Below, piece after piece: positions 53,265-64,000 of a DNA stretch of 64,000 nucleotides. The stretch is from Harriotta raleighana (taxonomy: Eukaryota), in NCBI GenBank assembly GCA_050575255.1, contig JBNZDD010013711.1:6574491-6638490 (forward strand), given 5' to 3'. Each line of letters begins with the position of its first letter. Positions within the stretch are counted from its first letter, which is position 1. The notes under the pieces are model-generated. The model had not been told where the DNA came from. It saw nothing but the letters and a program-made list of their open reading frames with translations, and did not search any database. The position numbers were made by a program, and so were the translations under genes.

Positions 53265-53584
53265 TACCATGGTCTAGGGATCACCGAATGTGCGCTGGAG
53301 TACTGATGGAGTTTAACCATATAAAATTACATATCTTCCCATTGAGAGAAGTGTTTGGCAAGCTTCCCGCTTCTGGTCCAACAAGGACAGCTTTACTCAA
53401 CAGGGCTTTACTAAGTTAACAGGAGCCAGTGTGTAGAACCCTGCCCCCAATGATAGGTCTACTCTTCCATGTCTGCCGACAAGGCAGATTGGCTGGTATA
53501 TCATTACCTGGGACAATAGAAAAGTGGGGCCACAACTTTTCAGCTGAATCCGCTATAAACATCACCCTCCACTATTAAAAAAAA

Positions 53585-53965
53585 AGCAAAATTGTACAGT
53601 GCCTTTCAAGTCAGGAGGATGTCACAAGGCGCTGGATAGTTATTGTTTCAGACCCGAGCTGGATTTGGCCAATGGGGCAGTCAAAGAAGAGGGTCTTGAG
53701 GCAGGACTTGAAGCAGGCCAGGGAGGTGGCGAGGCAGAGGGACTGTGGAATGGAGTTTCAGAGGTTGTGGGCAGAGTTGCTGAAGGATCACCTGCCAATG
53801 TTGGGGCAGGTGGGGCGGAGGTCATGGATCAAGCCGGACCCTGCTGAGCGGAGGGGCGGGCAGGTTTTTAGGGGTTTAGGAGGTAGTGGATGTAGGATAG
53901 GGCAAGGCTTTGAATGTGAGGACCCAGGATCTTGATGGATCCTCTGGATGATGGGGAGCCAATTA
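53585..53965 (-). mobile_element. L2 LINE 3' fragment
   Basis: GAAGAGGGTCTTGAG, GGGACTGTGGAATGGAGTTTCAGAG. Confidence 0.75.
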
Positions 53966-56900
53966 AGTTGCTAAAATATGAAGTCTTTGGCCCCGGGCTT
54001 CTCGTACTGTTTATCTAAAGCACCTGTGATTGGGTGGCTCCAGATGTGCATGCGTGGTGCAGCACAAGCTTCACTCTGATGCCTCTCTGGTTGTGATTGT
54101 CTATGTGTCTCTCTCTTGCTCTGTTTGTGAGTGTCTGTATGTGTGTCTCTCCGCGTGTGTCTCTGTGTTTTAAAGTGTCTCTTTGCAAGCGTATCTCCTC
54201 AGTTTGTATTTGCGAGTATCTGTCTGTATCTGTCCAGGCCCTTCAAGCCTGTGTTGGTGACACTCCCTACCCAAAATGGAACACCCAGTTTTCGTTAAAG
54301 AAAAAAATTGCAACAATCTAATATGTGTTGCTCGCTCATGTTAAGTTTTTCAATGAAGTGAAAAAATGTTGGCTAGCAGTAAAATGTACCTCAATCAATT
54401 TAGTCAAATTTGTCTGAAATTTTTGGTAAATATTTCCACACTTTTCTATTGGCCTAGGTTACTTCTAGTGTCTTGGATAACTGCACATGGCTCAAGAACC
54501 ATGAGATCAAGCCTCTGATACTGATTGCACCTCATACTTATCAATTAAGTATGTAGGGTATGGTTTTTTTCCAGGGAGAAATTGCATTCCATTCTATATG
54601 CAGGAACATTTCCATGTGCAGTTGATATGCATATGTGAAACGTTTGTTTGTGTTTGGACATTCTTATATATCAGACATTTGGCTAACCTCAAAAAAGTGG
54701 TTGATTTGGCTCACCCACTTGTGACTGTAAGCTATATTTGAATCTTGTTTAACTGATTGGGAAAATTCGTACTTTCAATAAAATTGTAGGTGTGCATCAT
54801 ATGGAGACCTTCTGAGGAGTGGAGGATTATTGTTTTTCGTAAAAGTGGAAGGATTTGGGTGGGGGCAATAGATTTTCGGATGTACTCCATACCCCACTTC
54901 TTTTTTATGTAACATTCTGACTATTTTCTGTAGCTATTGAGAAATGCTGTAAGTCTGATCTTGCAAGATTGCCTTGACTATTTCTCATGTGAATAGCTAT
55001 GCAAACTCTGGGTCAAATATTGTAATTTGCAAATTAATCCTGTTGAGTCTATAAAAAAAACTTCAGAATCTTGGGGTCATCCAAGAGAAGGATTTTGAGA
55101 CACCAAACTACAATTAGGAGGAATAGTGCGGTTTCCAACTTTGCAGACTGATGTCTGGTTCATCATTATTGCAGAAAACAATAACAGAGTTATCACAGTA
55201 AACCTTCTGGGCTACCACAAAGGAAAAGGAAATGTAGTATCTATGAGATGAGTGTTTGAGAATGACCTTCTTCACCAATCTCAACTTGGAACGATTGTAA
55301 AACCAATCATCTCATTACTACTTTTTTTTCCTGAATTCAAGTTTGTTTTTGAACCCGGTGGATTCTGTTACCAGCTTCCCATGACAAACCACATTTTCGA
55401 ATCCCATGTCTCCATTTTCAACAGACTTGGCGATCATAGAAGTTAATCTGGGTGAGGGACATTTTTACTAGTGAGTGGAACTTGACATTTCAATTCTGCT
55501 GCAATCATGCGGAAAATATTCTCCTACATTTTGCTTTGAAATGCTGTTTTGACTTGTTAGTCGCAACATTTCTTTTATTTCTTGGGGTTTTTGGAAACTG
55601 TTTTGTAAATGATATTCTGTTACATGTACTGTGTAACAAGTTGCTTTTATATATGGCATTCATGTGGGGTAGAGTATCAGACATGCTTAACACTGGTGGA
55701 GGTGACCATAAGCGAACCAGACTACTTTTAGATTAAGTAGATCGAAAAGGAAGGTCTTCAGTTGTAATCTAAAAGAGAGTTTCAAATCTTTGAGGCGAGG
55801 TAACTGAAAGAATGGCTACCGATGGACTGTGCTTTATTTTTCCACTTTTATCATCTAGTATCCTGCAGATTGACATGCAAAGTAAAACTATCTGTATCTT
55901 TTTTAGAGTAGCGAATAACATTTTGAGTTTCTTGCAGAGCCCATGTTTGGTATTCTGTTCTGGTAATAGTAACTTGAGCAACTAAATTTACAGTGCTTTG
56001 TTTAGTGCAGTATTTAATTAGATTTTAAGAGCTTCTCACTTGTGTACATATCTCTTCACTCTCTGGCACAACCCTACCTTTCTGACTTCCTCTCTCCCCA
56101 CTCTACTTACTGCGCTCAGCTGGTTCTACACTCCGGGCTCTCACACCCCTGCTCCACCATCGGTGGCTGAGCTTTTAGGCACTACGTGCCAAAGCTTTGG
56201 AACTGTTGAAAATAAATTTCTTTCAATATCCTGGTCAACAATGCCCCAGATAAAATTGGTCATTCATTTCAGAGCTATCATTGGGACATAGCTGTGTGCA
56301 AATCGGCTGCCGTGTTCTCCAACAAAATAGTGACTACACTTTACAGTAATTCCTATGAAGTGCTTTGAGATGTCTTCCCGACATGAAAGGCACTATATCA
56401 AATGCAAGGATTATTATTAAGTTAGAAATAGAGCATTGTTTATATGTCCTGATTACTATTGATCAATGTTGAGAAATTTAATTACGCTGCATGTTTCAGT
56501 TGGGAGCAGCAGGCAGAGCCGAGACGATAAATGTTCCTGGTAGGTTGGCATTCATGTCAGTGTGCAATTATGAAAAATAATTCCATTCTCCAGAGTCCAC
56601 TCGTGTGGTATAAAACAAAACATACCACAGTTTCCTGCACAGCTGGTTTCTAGTCAGGAGTGAATGATATGTGTTCTTTGATCTGTAGACATTATACAGA
56701 CAGTACTTAACTGCTTCACGATAGAGCAAAATTTAAAACTTTTATTTATAATTTTGTGGGATCCTTGTCATCCATATCCATTTTGAAAGTCAATATTTAA
56801 TAAGAATCATGTTTCTTTTGTCTTTCCATTACCCTTAATTGCCTTCAGTTTATTTTGTTTAAATTGTAAGGTAGTCAACACTGATCAAGGGAACTAGCTT

Positions 56901-57294
56901 GGAGGAATTGTTCAAATGTGGGAGGATGTAGAATGTGGCTACATCAGAGCAGTTTCCCCAATGATTTTACTCTGTAAAATAGTAATCAATTTTCAATACA
57001 TCCTGATAAAGCACTATATCAACGACCTGATAAAGCACTATATCAAATGCAAAGATTTTTATTATAGAAATTTCAATTGAGATATATTAATTTCATATCC
57101 AATAACATTGGATATTTTCTTCATTAATCTAAAAATTGTATGTATATCATCAAGCCGTTAAGAATTTAGACATTTGTAAGGATTTTAATGTATTGTTTGC
57201 CTTAACTAAAAAGTAGAACTAATTCAAAAGTAAAATGCTTTGTGCCATTATCAATAATCCCTTAAAAAATGTGATAATTCAATCTACAACTGTT

Positions 57295-57770
57295 TATAAT
57301 AATAATCCTTGCATTTGATACACTGTACTGCTTTTCACATCTTATCGACGTTTCAAAGCACTTCACAAAATATGCTATAAAGTGAATTGACTGTATATTT
57401 GTTGCGAAACACGGCAGCCAATAGCTCACAGCAGTGTCCCACAAACAGTCGTGGATTGAAATGACCAATTTTAATTATTGTTTTTTTTTTGACATATTAT
57501 TTATTATTAGGTGTGTGCAGTAAGGAAACTTGCCCAAGGTTTCACCCTGATCTGCCTGGATTTGAACACAGGTCTCACGCTTGTAAGGTTAGTGCTCTAA
57601 CCACTGAACTACAGGAGCTCCATGTGACACTGCTGTGCGCAATTGGTTACCGCGTTTCTTCCACAAAATATACAGTCAATTCATTTGATAGTATATATTC
57701 TATGAAGGGTTTTAACACGTTTCAATGACATAATAAAATGTTATATCACATGCAAGGATTATTATTATTA
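57295..57770. mobile_element. Full-length minus-strand SINE (57295-57620) abutting a plus-strand SINE 3' half (57625-57770)
   Basis: ATAATCCTTGCATTTGATA...CTACAGGAGCTCC, then GACACTGCTGTGCGCAATTGG...ATGCAAGGATTATTATT. Confidence 0.85.
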
Positions 57771-58394
57771 TCCTTTAGGTACCCAGGACAAAATAATTTG
57801 TGAGATATCAGCAATATTTTCCTCTGTTGATCCATTAGCATAAGGGTTTAAAAATGAGGTGGTGAGCAGGTTACTTGGGTAAGATTTTTTCTCTCTTTTC
57901 CTATCACAATTTTGCATGTTGGAGGTGGGGGAGAGAAGCCGAGAGTAAGGACAGGCCAGGCCTTGAAGAGAGAGGTAACACCACTCCCAAAAACCCTGAA
58001 TATCTTTTCAGCATGATTGAAATATCGGTCACTAACCAGCCTTGAACCAAAGGCAAAGAGGGAGTATGAGCATGTACCTCCCAAGAAGTGGAGAAACATG
58101 ACCAGGCAGATGTTTACTCTATGAAAACCTTACAAACTTTGTTATGCCGTTTGACACAATCTGCCTTAAAATATGTGGCTGATGCAATAATTGGGTTTAC
58201 TATTTGGTGATTTCTAACAAAATTTCTTAATTAGAAAGCACATCATATTAACTTGTGAAAATTTGTTCCAATAAGATCTACTTTTGCAGTAGAATAGCTT
58301 TTGTCTAATATTCACTGCAAGGCATCATGGTTACTAATTCTGAATTACCCTTAGATGATGTGAGAAATTCTGTGGGACTGTGCACACTAGGACT

Positions 58395-58750
58395 TTCAAA
58401 GTCCTCCATGGCCTTGCTTCCCCCCAACTCTGTGACCTCCTAATCGTCTAAATATTTGCCCATTCCCTCTGCTCAGTAGGCTCCGGCCCCCACCTTGCTC
58501 GCACCACCATTGGCAGGGGAGCCTTCAGCCACTGTGCCCCCATCTTCTAGAACTCCAGCTCCCAGTCCCTCTGCTCCATTTTTGTCTCCTTCAAGACTTG
58601 GCTCAAGACCCTCCTGTTCGACCTGCCTTTGATCAGCCTCCTTAACCTCACCCTCCACTCCAGGCTCAGGTACAAAACACTGATTATCCAACGCCTTGGG
58701 ATGCCCTCCCGATTTGAAAGGCCCTATACAAATGTAATTTGATTGTTGCT
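58395..58750 (+). mobile_element. L2 LINE 3' fragment
   Basis: CTCAAGACCCTCCTGTTCGACC; GAAAGGCCCTATACAAATGTAATTT tail. Confidence 0.75.
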
Positions 58751-60359
58751 ATCTTGTATGAAGGGCACAATATGAATGCAAGTTAGTAAAATTGGTTACA
58801 GATCATGGGAGGATGATTGAGGCAAGGATGCTATAATCATTTTTTAAAAATTGTTTCTGTGATTGGAAGATGGTAGTAGGGTGTTGTGGAAGGAACTCCG
58901 TTGTACTCTGTTTTAGATCAAGTTTTTTTTTTTTCTCTGCAGATATCTGATTGTTCACTTTGTTTCAGTGAAGAATGAAAGAAGGTGTGCGTGCATATGA
59001 ATTGTGAACATTGGCATGAACTTCTTTGTGAATTCACAGGGTCATACTCTTATGTATTATGATTAAATATGGCAAAAATTGGGCTTCAAGTCTAGCAATA
59101 ATGGAATGCCACATTCTGCACATTATACAGAACATCCCTACCCCCTCACCAACATGTATATGTATTTGAACAGATGGGATATCCTGTTGACTGGAATCTG
59201 TTGGTCTTTGGTGAAATGATCAATCACTTGATCTTAACCTTATGAAAACAGTCATTGATTTGGGAGCGCTGTCAAAAACTTCTCTTTCCACGCTTGAAAT
59301 TGAGTTCATTTCGGATTTAAGTTTTTTTCCTTTCTTTCAACAGCACAGTCAAATAACAGCCTTTTCTCTCCTCCATACCAAGAGTATAGAAGAAAAGTCT
59401 GATATAAAACCCATTTTCTTTGAGCACCATTGTAACATGACACTCCAATGCAGTTTTCAAGGTTCTGTCCTTCAGATGAGAGGGAAATCTGAGGTCCCCA
59501 TATCACTATTTAAAAAGAAAAGGGAGTTTCTCCCAATAACCTGGCTAACAATCCTCCAGAGAGAGAAAAATCTCTTCAAGGCTGTTTGGGGGACTTTGCT
59601 GTTCTACTACATTCATTTTCAAAATACTCATCACACGCTACAGAAAATTCTGTGAAGAAGGTTTTGCTGTAATAGGGTGCTATATCAAATGCAAGGATTA
59701 TGTTTTGAACGTGTGGAATCTTAAGTTTGTATGGAACCAGTAAGAAATCCTGCATAAATTTTAACCCATATGTGAACTTACAATTTTCATATGGAAAGTT
59801 GCTTTGTCAATCACGACTTTAGTGGTCAACCAACCATACCACATCTGGTCTCAGGGATATGACTGCTCTGAAACCACATCTGAAGTTTCACCCGAATTAG
59901 TTTGTTTCATGTTCAGGAAATTACTATCCTGCTGCATATGCTTTTGAGGTGGTATATATTGTGTGGGTGCAAGGAGAGCCCCTCACAACAGAACAAAAGC
60001 TATTCATAATATTAGGCAGTTTGTGTCTCACAGGATAAGCAATTTGGGGTTCTCATGGTTGGTTTAATGTATTCTAGATTTCTACCATTTAGCTGAAAGC
60101 AAATCTCAACTGTGACAATCTAAAAAACAAATCCCCATATCGAGATGTAATTTGTGGTATTTCTTAATTGATTTCCTTAATAAGGAATGCGGTTAAAATT
60201 GCTGTCAATCTGAGGAACTTTCCCCAGGAATAGATTGGTTCCTGTGGGTCAGTCTGATGTACTTTCAGTTACTAGAAGAAGTCCCCATTTGTGTGGATTC
60301 CCATGTAGAAGCACAGCATATTAGACCCCATTAGACTCGCACGATCATAAGAGAGCTTC

Positions 60360-62458
60360 AGATGAAGAATGCCCTTTGGCCCAATTGATCTCATCTTACG
60401 ATCACGGCATCAAGTTATTATTTACAGGAGTTTGTGGGCTTCAACCACCCTTCCTGGTATCCTGTTCCAGTCATTAATAACCCTTTGTAAAGAAACACTT
60501 CCTGAAATTGGTGTCTGTCCTGAAATTGTCCTTTGCAACTTTAAACCTGAGTGCTCTTGTTCTGCTGTCTCAGTGCATCCAAAATTGTTGTCTGGATCAA
60601 CTTTTGCAATCGCATTTAAAATTGTGAATACCTCAATAAAGTTCCCTTTGAGATGTCACATTTTAAGACTGAAAATGTTCTTGTAACTAGAGCTTTATTA
60701 TTTATCATTCGTGTTCGTTGTATAAAAAAAATTGCAAAGGTAACTGCAGCTTTTGAAACATGGTCAATTTTTTCAGTCATCTGCGGGGTACTCAGGGCTC
60801 CATCCTTGACCCTTTTCTTTTCCTCATTTATATGCTCCCCCTTGGCGATGTCATCCAAGACACAAACTTCCATATGAAATGACACATGCAGATCTGAACT
60901 CCACAACCAACTCTTTCCCTCAGACTCACCGAATCAGTGCACAATCTAGGCAATTGGTTTGATCCCCAGCTGTCCTTCCTACCCCGCATCTGGTCCCTGA
61001 CCAGGACCGTCTTCTTCCATCTTCACCTGCCTCTGACCATACCTTATTCCAAATGGAGGCAAAATCCTTGTGCTTGCGTGTACCACCTCCCATCTGGAAT
61101 ACTCAAACGCACACCTTGCCGGTCGTTCCCTCAGCCTGGCCTATTCCATATCCCATGCCTGGCCTGCAACGCCATCGGCATCGGGCCTTCAGCCTCTCTG
61201 TCTTCACCCTCTGGAACTCTATCCGACCTTCCCTTCACCTCACTTACTTCCTTTGCCTCCTTCAAGGCACGCCTCATAGTCCTTCTCTTCGACCGTGTCT
61301 TTGGCTACCCTCTCTGTCCTCCACTTTCCCTGAACCCTACCCCTTCCGCTCAAGTCCTAATATCTGACTATTCAGCTCCTTGGGATGTGCTTGCAACATG
61401 AAAGGAACTTTATAAATGTAATTTTGTATTGTACTCTCCACCATTGGAGGTATTACTTTCAGCCAGACGCTCTGAAACTCTCCCTCAAACCCTCCACCTC
61501 TCTCACATTTTTCAAGTTCTGCCTGAAAACCTTCCTTTTCGACCTAACGTACAGTCACTAACCACCCCATCCCCACTCCAGTATAAAAGTTGTTGTTCTT
61601 ATACATCAGAAGGATGAAGTGCTAAATTGGCTCACCGGGATTTGAATCCTGATTTCAATCAACTGAACATAGATATTTACATTGCAATAAGTGTTTCTAT
61701 AATCAAAGTAGTGTCCTGTAAAAGTGGTACAGGTGGTCATAGTAAAATTTGGTTTTTGCAACCCATTAATGTTTTTGCTGTGACAGTCAGACTTTGTTGT
61801 GCTTAGAACATATTTTCTTGTAAACATATGGAACAGACTTCATGGAAAGCAGAAAGTGTTGATTCTTTCAAGAAGAAATTTGATAGATTTGTGTTCGAAA
61901 ATAATATCTTGGGATACAATATATGGTTTAGGACACGACATGTCAAGCAACTTTCAGGATTCATGGAAGGTGAACTAGTTGGATTTTGGTCTTCTTTCAC
62001 CTAGTAAATTCTTATGTTCTTAGAATAATAACAATAATCCTTGCATTTGATATAATGCTTTTCATGTCTTTTTTATTATGTTGCTTGTCTTATGATGTTC
62101 CATTTTCTAGAGGGTCATGAACTCTCAGATATCAATGTTTTCCTATGAAAATAAATATTGTGTGTGCTATGAAGCAGAAGTTTCAGCCTCTCTGCCCTTA
62201 CATTCTGGAACTCCATCCCGCAATCCCTTCGCCTCACTTCCTTTCTTTCCTCCTTCAAGGCTGGTCTCAAGACCTTCCTCGTCGACCATGCCTTCTTCTC
62301 CCCTCCTAACCCTTCCCTCTCTCCTACTCTCCTTCCCCTTCCCCCTACCCCAACCCTTCCCCCCCAGGTTGGGTCCCGACCTGATTGTTCAGCATCTTGG
62401 GACATCCTCCCGATGTGATAGGCACTCTATAAATGTAATTTTGTTGTTGTTGTTGTTG
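60360..62458. mobile_element. LINE fragments: CR1 minus (~60360-60670), L2 plus (~60780-61430), CR1-like plus (~61835-62020), L2 plus (~62180-62458)
   Basis: TTCCAGTCATTAATAACCCTTTG; CTCAGGGCTCCATCCTTGACCC; TTCTTATGTTCTTA; ATAAATGTAATTTTGTTGTTGTTG tails. Confidence 0.7.
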
Positions 62459-62530
62459 AAGTTATCTCTTATGATTCCAGACAATTTTGGTCTTATGGTC
62501 TTTTACAATTTTTGTGTTTTTGATTTTCAG

Positions 62531-62582
62531 GTCACAGCAATGTAAAACCTCTGGAAGGAATTAAAGTACTGGATCTCACAAG
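62531..62582 (+). CDS. SUGCT: SUGCT exon 2 (succinyl-CoA:glutarate CoA-transferase, CaiB/BaiF family III)
   Basis: tttcag|GT...ACAAG|gtacag; [17 protein letters not shown]; 52 nt. Confidence 0.95.
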
Positions 62583-62680
62583 GTACAGTGCAAAACAAAC
62601 AAAAAATGTTCTGGTAAGAATTTGCCATGTTCTATGATTCTAAGAATTATAGTTACTTATCCATTTTCCATTCCAAACAG

Positions 62681-62754
62681 GGTATTAGCAGGACCTTTTG
62701 CTACCATGATCTTAGGAGACTTGGGCGCAAAAGTCATCAAAGTAGAAAAAACAG
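62681..62754 (+). CDS. SUGCT: SUGCT exon 3; the gene continues beyond the window
   Basis: aaacag|G...ACAG|gtaatg; [25 protein letters not shown], the CoA-transferase III N-terminal signature; 74 nt. Confidence 0.95.
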
Positions 62755-62765
62755 GTAATGGTCTA

Positions 62766-63190
62766 CTGGAACTCCCCGTTATCCATTGTCCCGCTATCCA
62801 TTATTTCGATTATACATAGTTTATAAAATAATCACAAAGTGCAGTAATTTTACGACAAGCGTCGTAAAGTTTAGAAAAAATGTCCGCAATCACGTGGGTA
62901 ACCACATTGTAGCGATCAGCTGAGTTGGGACGCGATGTGGGTATCGCAGCTCAGCAGCTAACAGGATAATAACAAGTGGCTTCAACTGCTACAACCAGTC
63001 TGTATCCGAAGAAAAAAAAAGCAGTTCAGCAAACATTGGATAGATTTTTTTAAACAGCATCCGCCCCTTCATCTCAATGACTCCCCACCCCCCCACCTTC
63101 ATCTGAATAACTCCGCCCCCACCACTCAGCGCTGCCCACTACCACATCAACCATCTCCAATAAGTTTTCTCGTTGTATTATTATTTAATT
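62766..63190 (+). mobile_element. Tigger-like element remnant with transposase C-terminal fragment
   Basis: CTGGAACTCCCCGTTATCC terminus-like sequence; 63021-63053 reads AVQQTLDRFF*. Confidence 0.55.
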
Positions 63191-63196
63191 GATATA

Positions 63197-63919
63197 CAGT
63201 AAAACCTTGTTTATCTGTGACTCGACGAACCAGAAAACCCATTCAACCGCTATCTCAAAAAAAAGGCCAGATTCGATGAACCGGAAGTTATCCAGCAGAA
63301 TAGTAAAGACACATTTAATGAATGGATTCTCGCATGCGAGTACTGCTGCAATTATATCGGCGGCCACTAGTTGAGCCTAAAGTCGCGCTACTGACGTTTT
63401 TTTCAAAACTTGCGATACTACCGTTTGTTAAGAAAAATGCAGTTTTCCCGATTTTTTTTTCCTCCTTGGCGGCTATTGTAGACGTTAAGTATAAATTCTA
63501 AAGTACTAATACAATATTCTGTTAGTATAGTATCTGTTATTAGTGTATTTAGTCTATTATTTATATAGTATTGTTCAATATTTACATATGTGTCTGTATG
63601 TGTGTGTGTGTGTGTACTCTCTCTCTCTGCAAGTCCAGCCATTGTAGAAGTTAAGTATAAATTCTAAAGTACTAATACAATATTCTGTTAGTATAGTATC
63701 TGTTATTAGTGTATTTAGTCTATTATTTATATAGTATTGTTCAATATTTACATATGTGTCTGTATGTGTGTGTGTGTGTGTACTCTCTCTCTCTGCAAGT
63801 CCAGCCATTGTAGAAGTTAAGTATAAATTCTAAAGTACTAATACAATATTCTGTTAGTATAGTATCTGTTATTAGTGTATTTAGTCTATTATTTATATAG
63901 TATTGTTCAACATTTACAT

Positions 63920-63964
<45 letters not shown>

Positions 63965-64000
63965 CTCACTCTCTCTGCAAGACCAGCGTATTCAATCAAT
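63197..64000. mobile_element. Family-A MITE (runs off the window) with an internal 166-bp triplication
   Basis: TA|CAGTAAAACCTTGTTTATC; units start at 63475, 63641, 63807. Confidence 0.85.

Overview
Vertebrate genomic DNA. The SINE/LINE repertoire points to a cartilaginous fish, probably a chimaera (inference). Two intron-containing genes lie on the + strand. (1) The last 11 coding exons of CDK13 (754..30280; equivalent to human exons 4-14) splice GT-AG in frame into an intact kinase domain ([42 protein letters not shown]-terminus GRGRGLPY*), followed by a ~2.5 kb repeat-free 3' UTR. (2) The first three coding exons of SUGCT (37077..62754) encode a mitochondrial presequence, then [41 protein letters not shown], which lies between these genes in human, was not found. 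The rest is intron or intergenic DNA full of tRNA-derived SINEs, L2 and CR1 LINE fragments, TA-flanked pogo/Tigger-like MITEs, Deu- and LF-SINE-like relics, and a 1-kb G-rich minisatellite just after SUGCT exon 1. Most ORF-track entries are spurious. The best leads are a candidate alternative-terminal or poison exon with its own poly(A) signal in a repeat-poor CDK13 intron, a partial duplicate of the CDK13 T-loop exon, and a minisatellite built from decoy splice donors. Repeat boundaries were placed by eye and are approximate.
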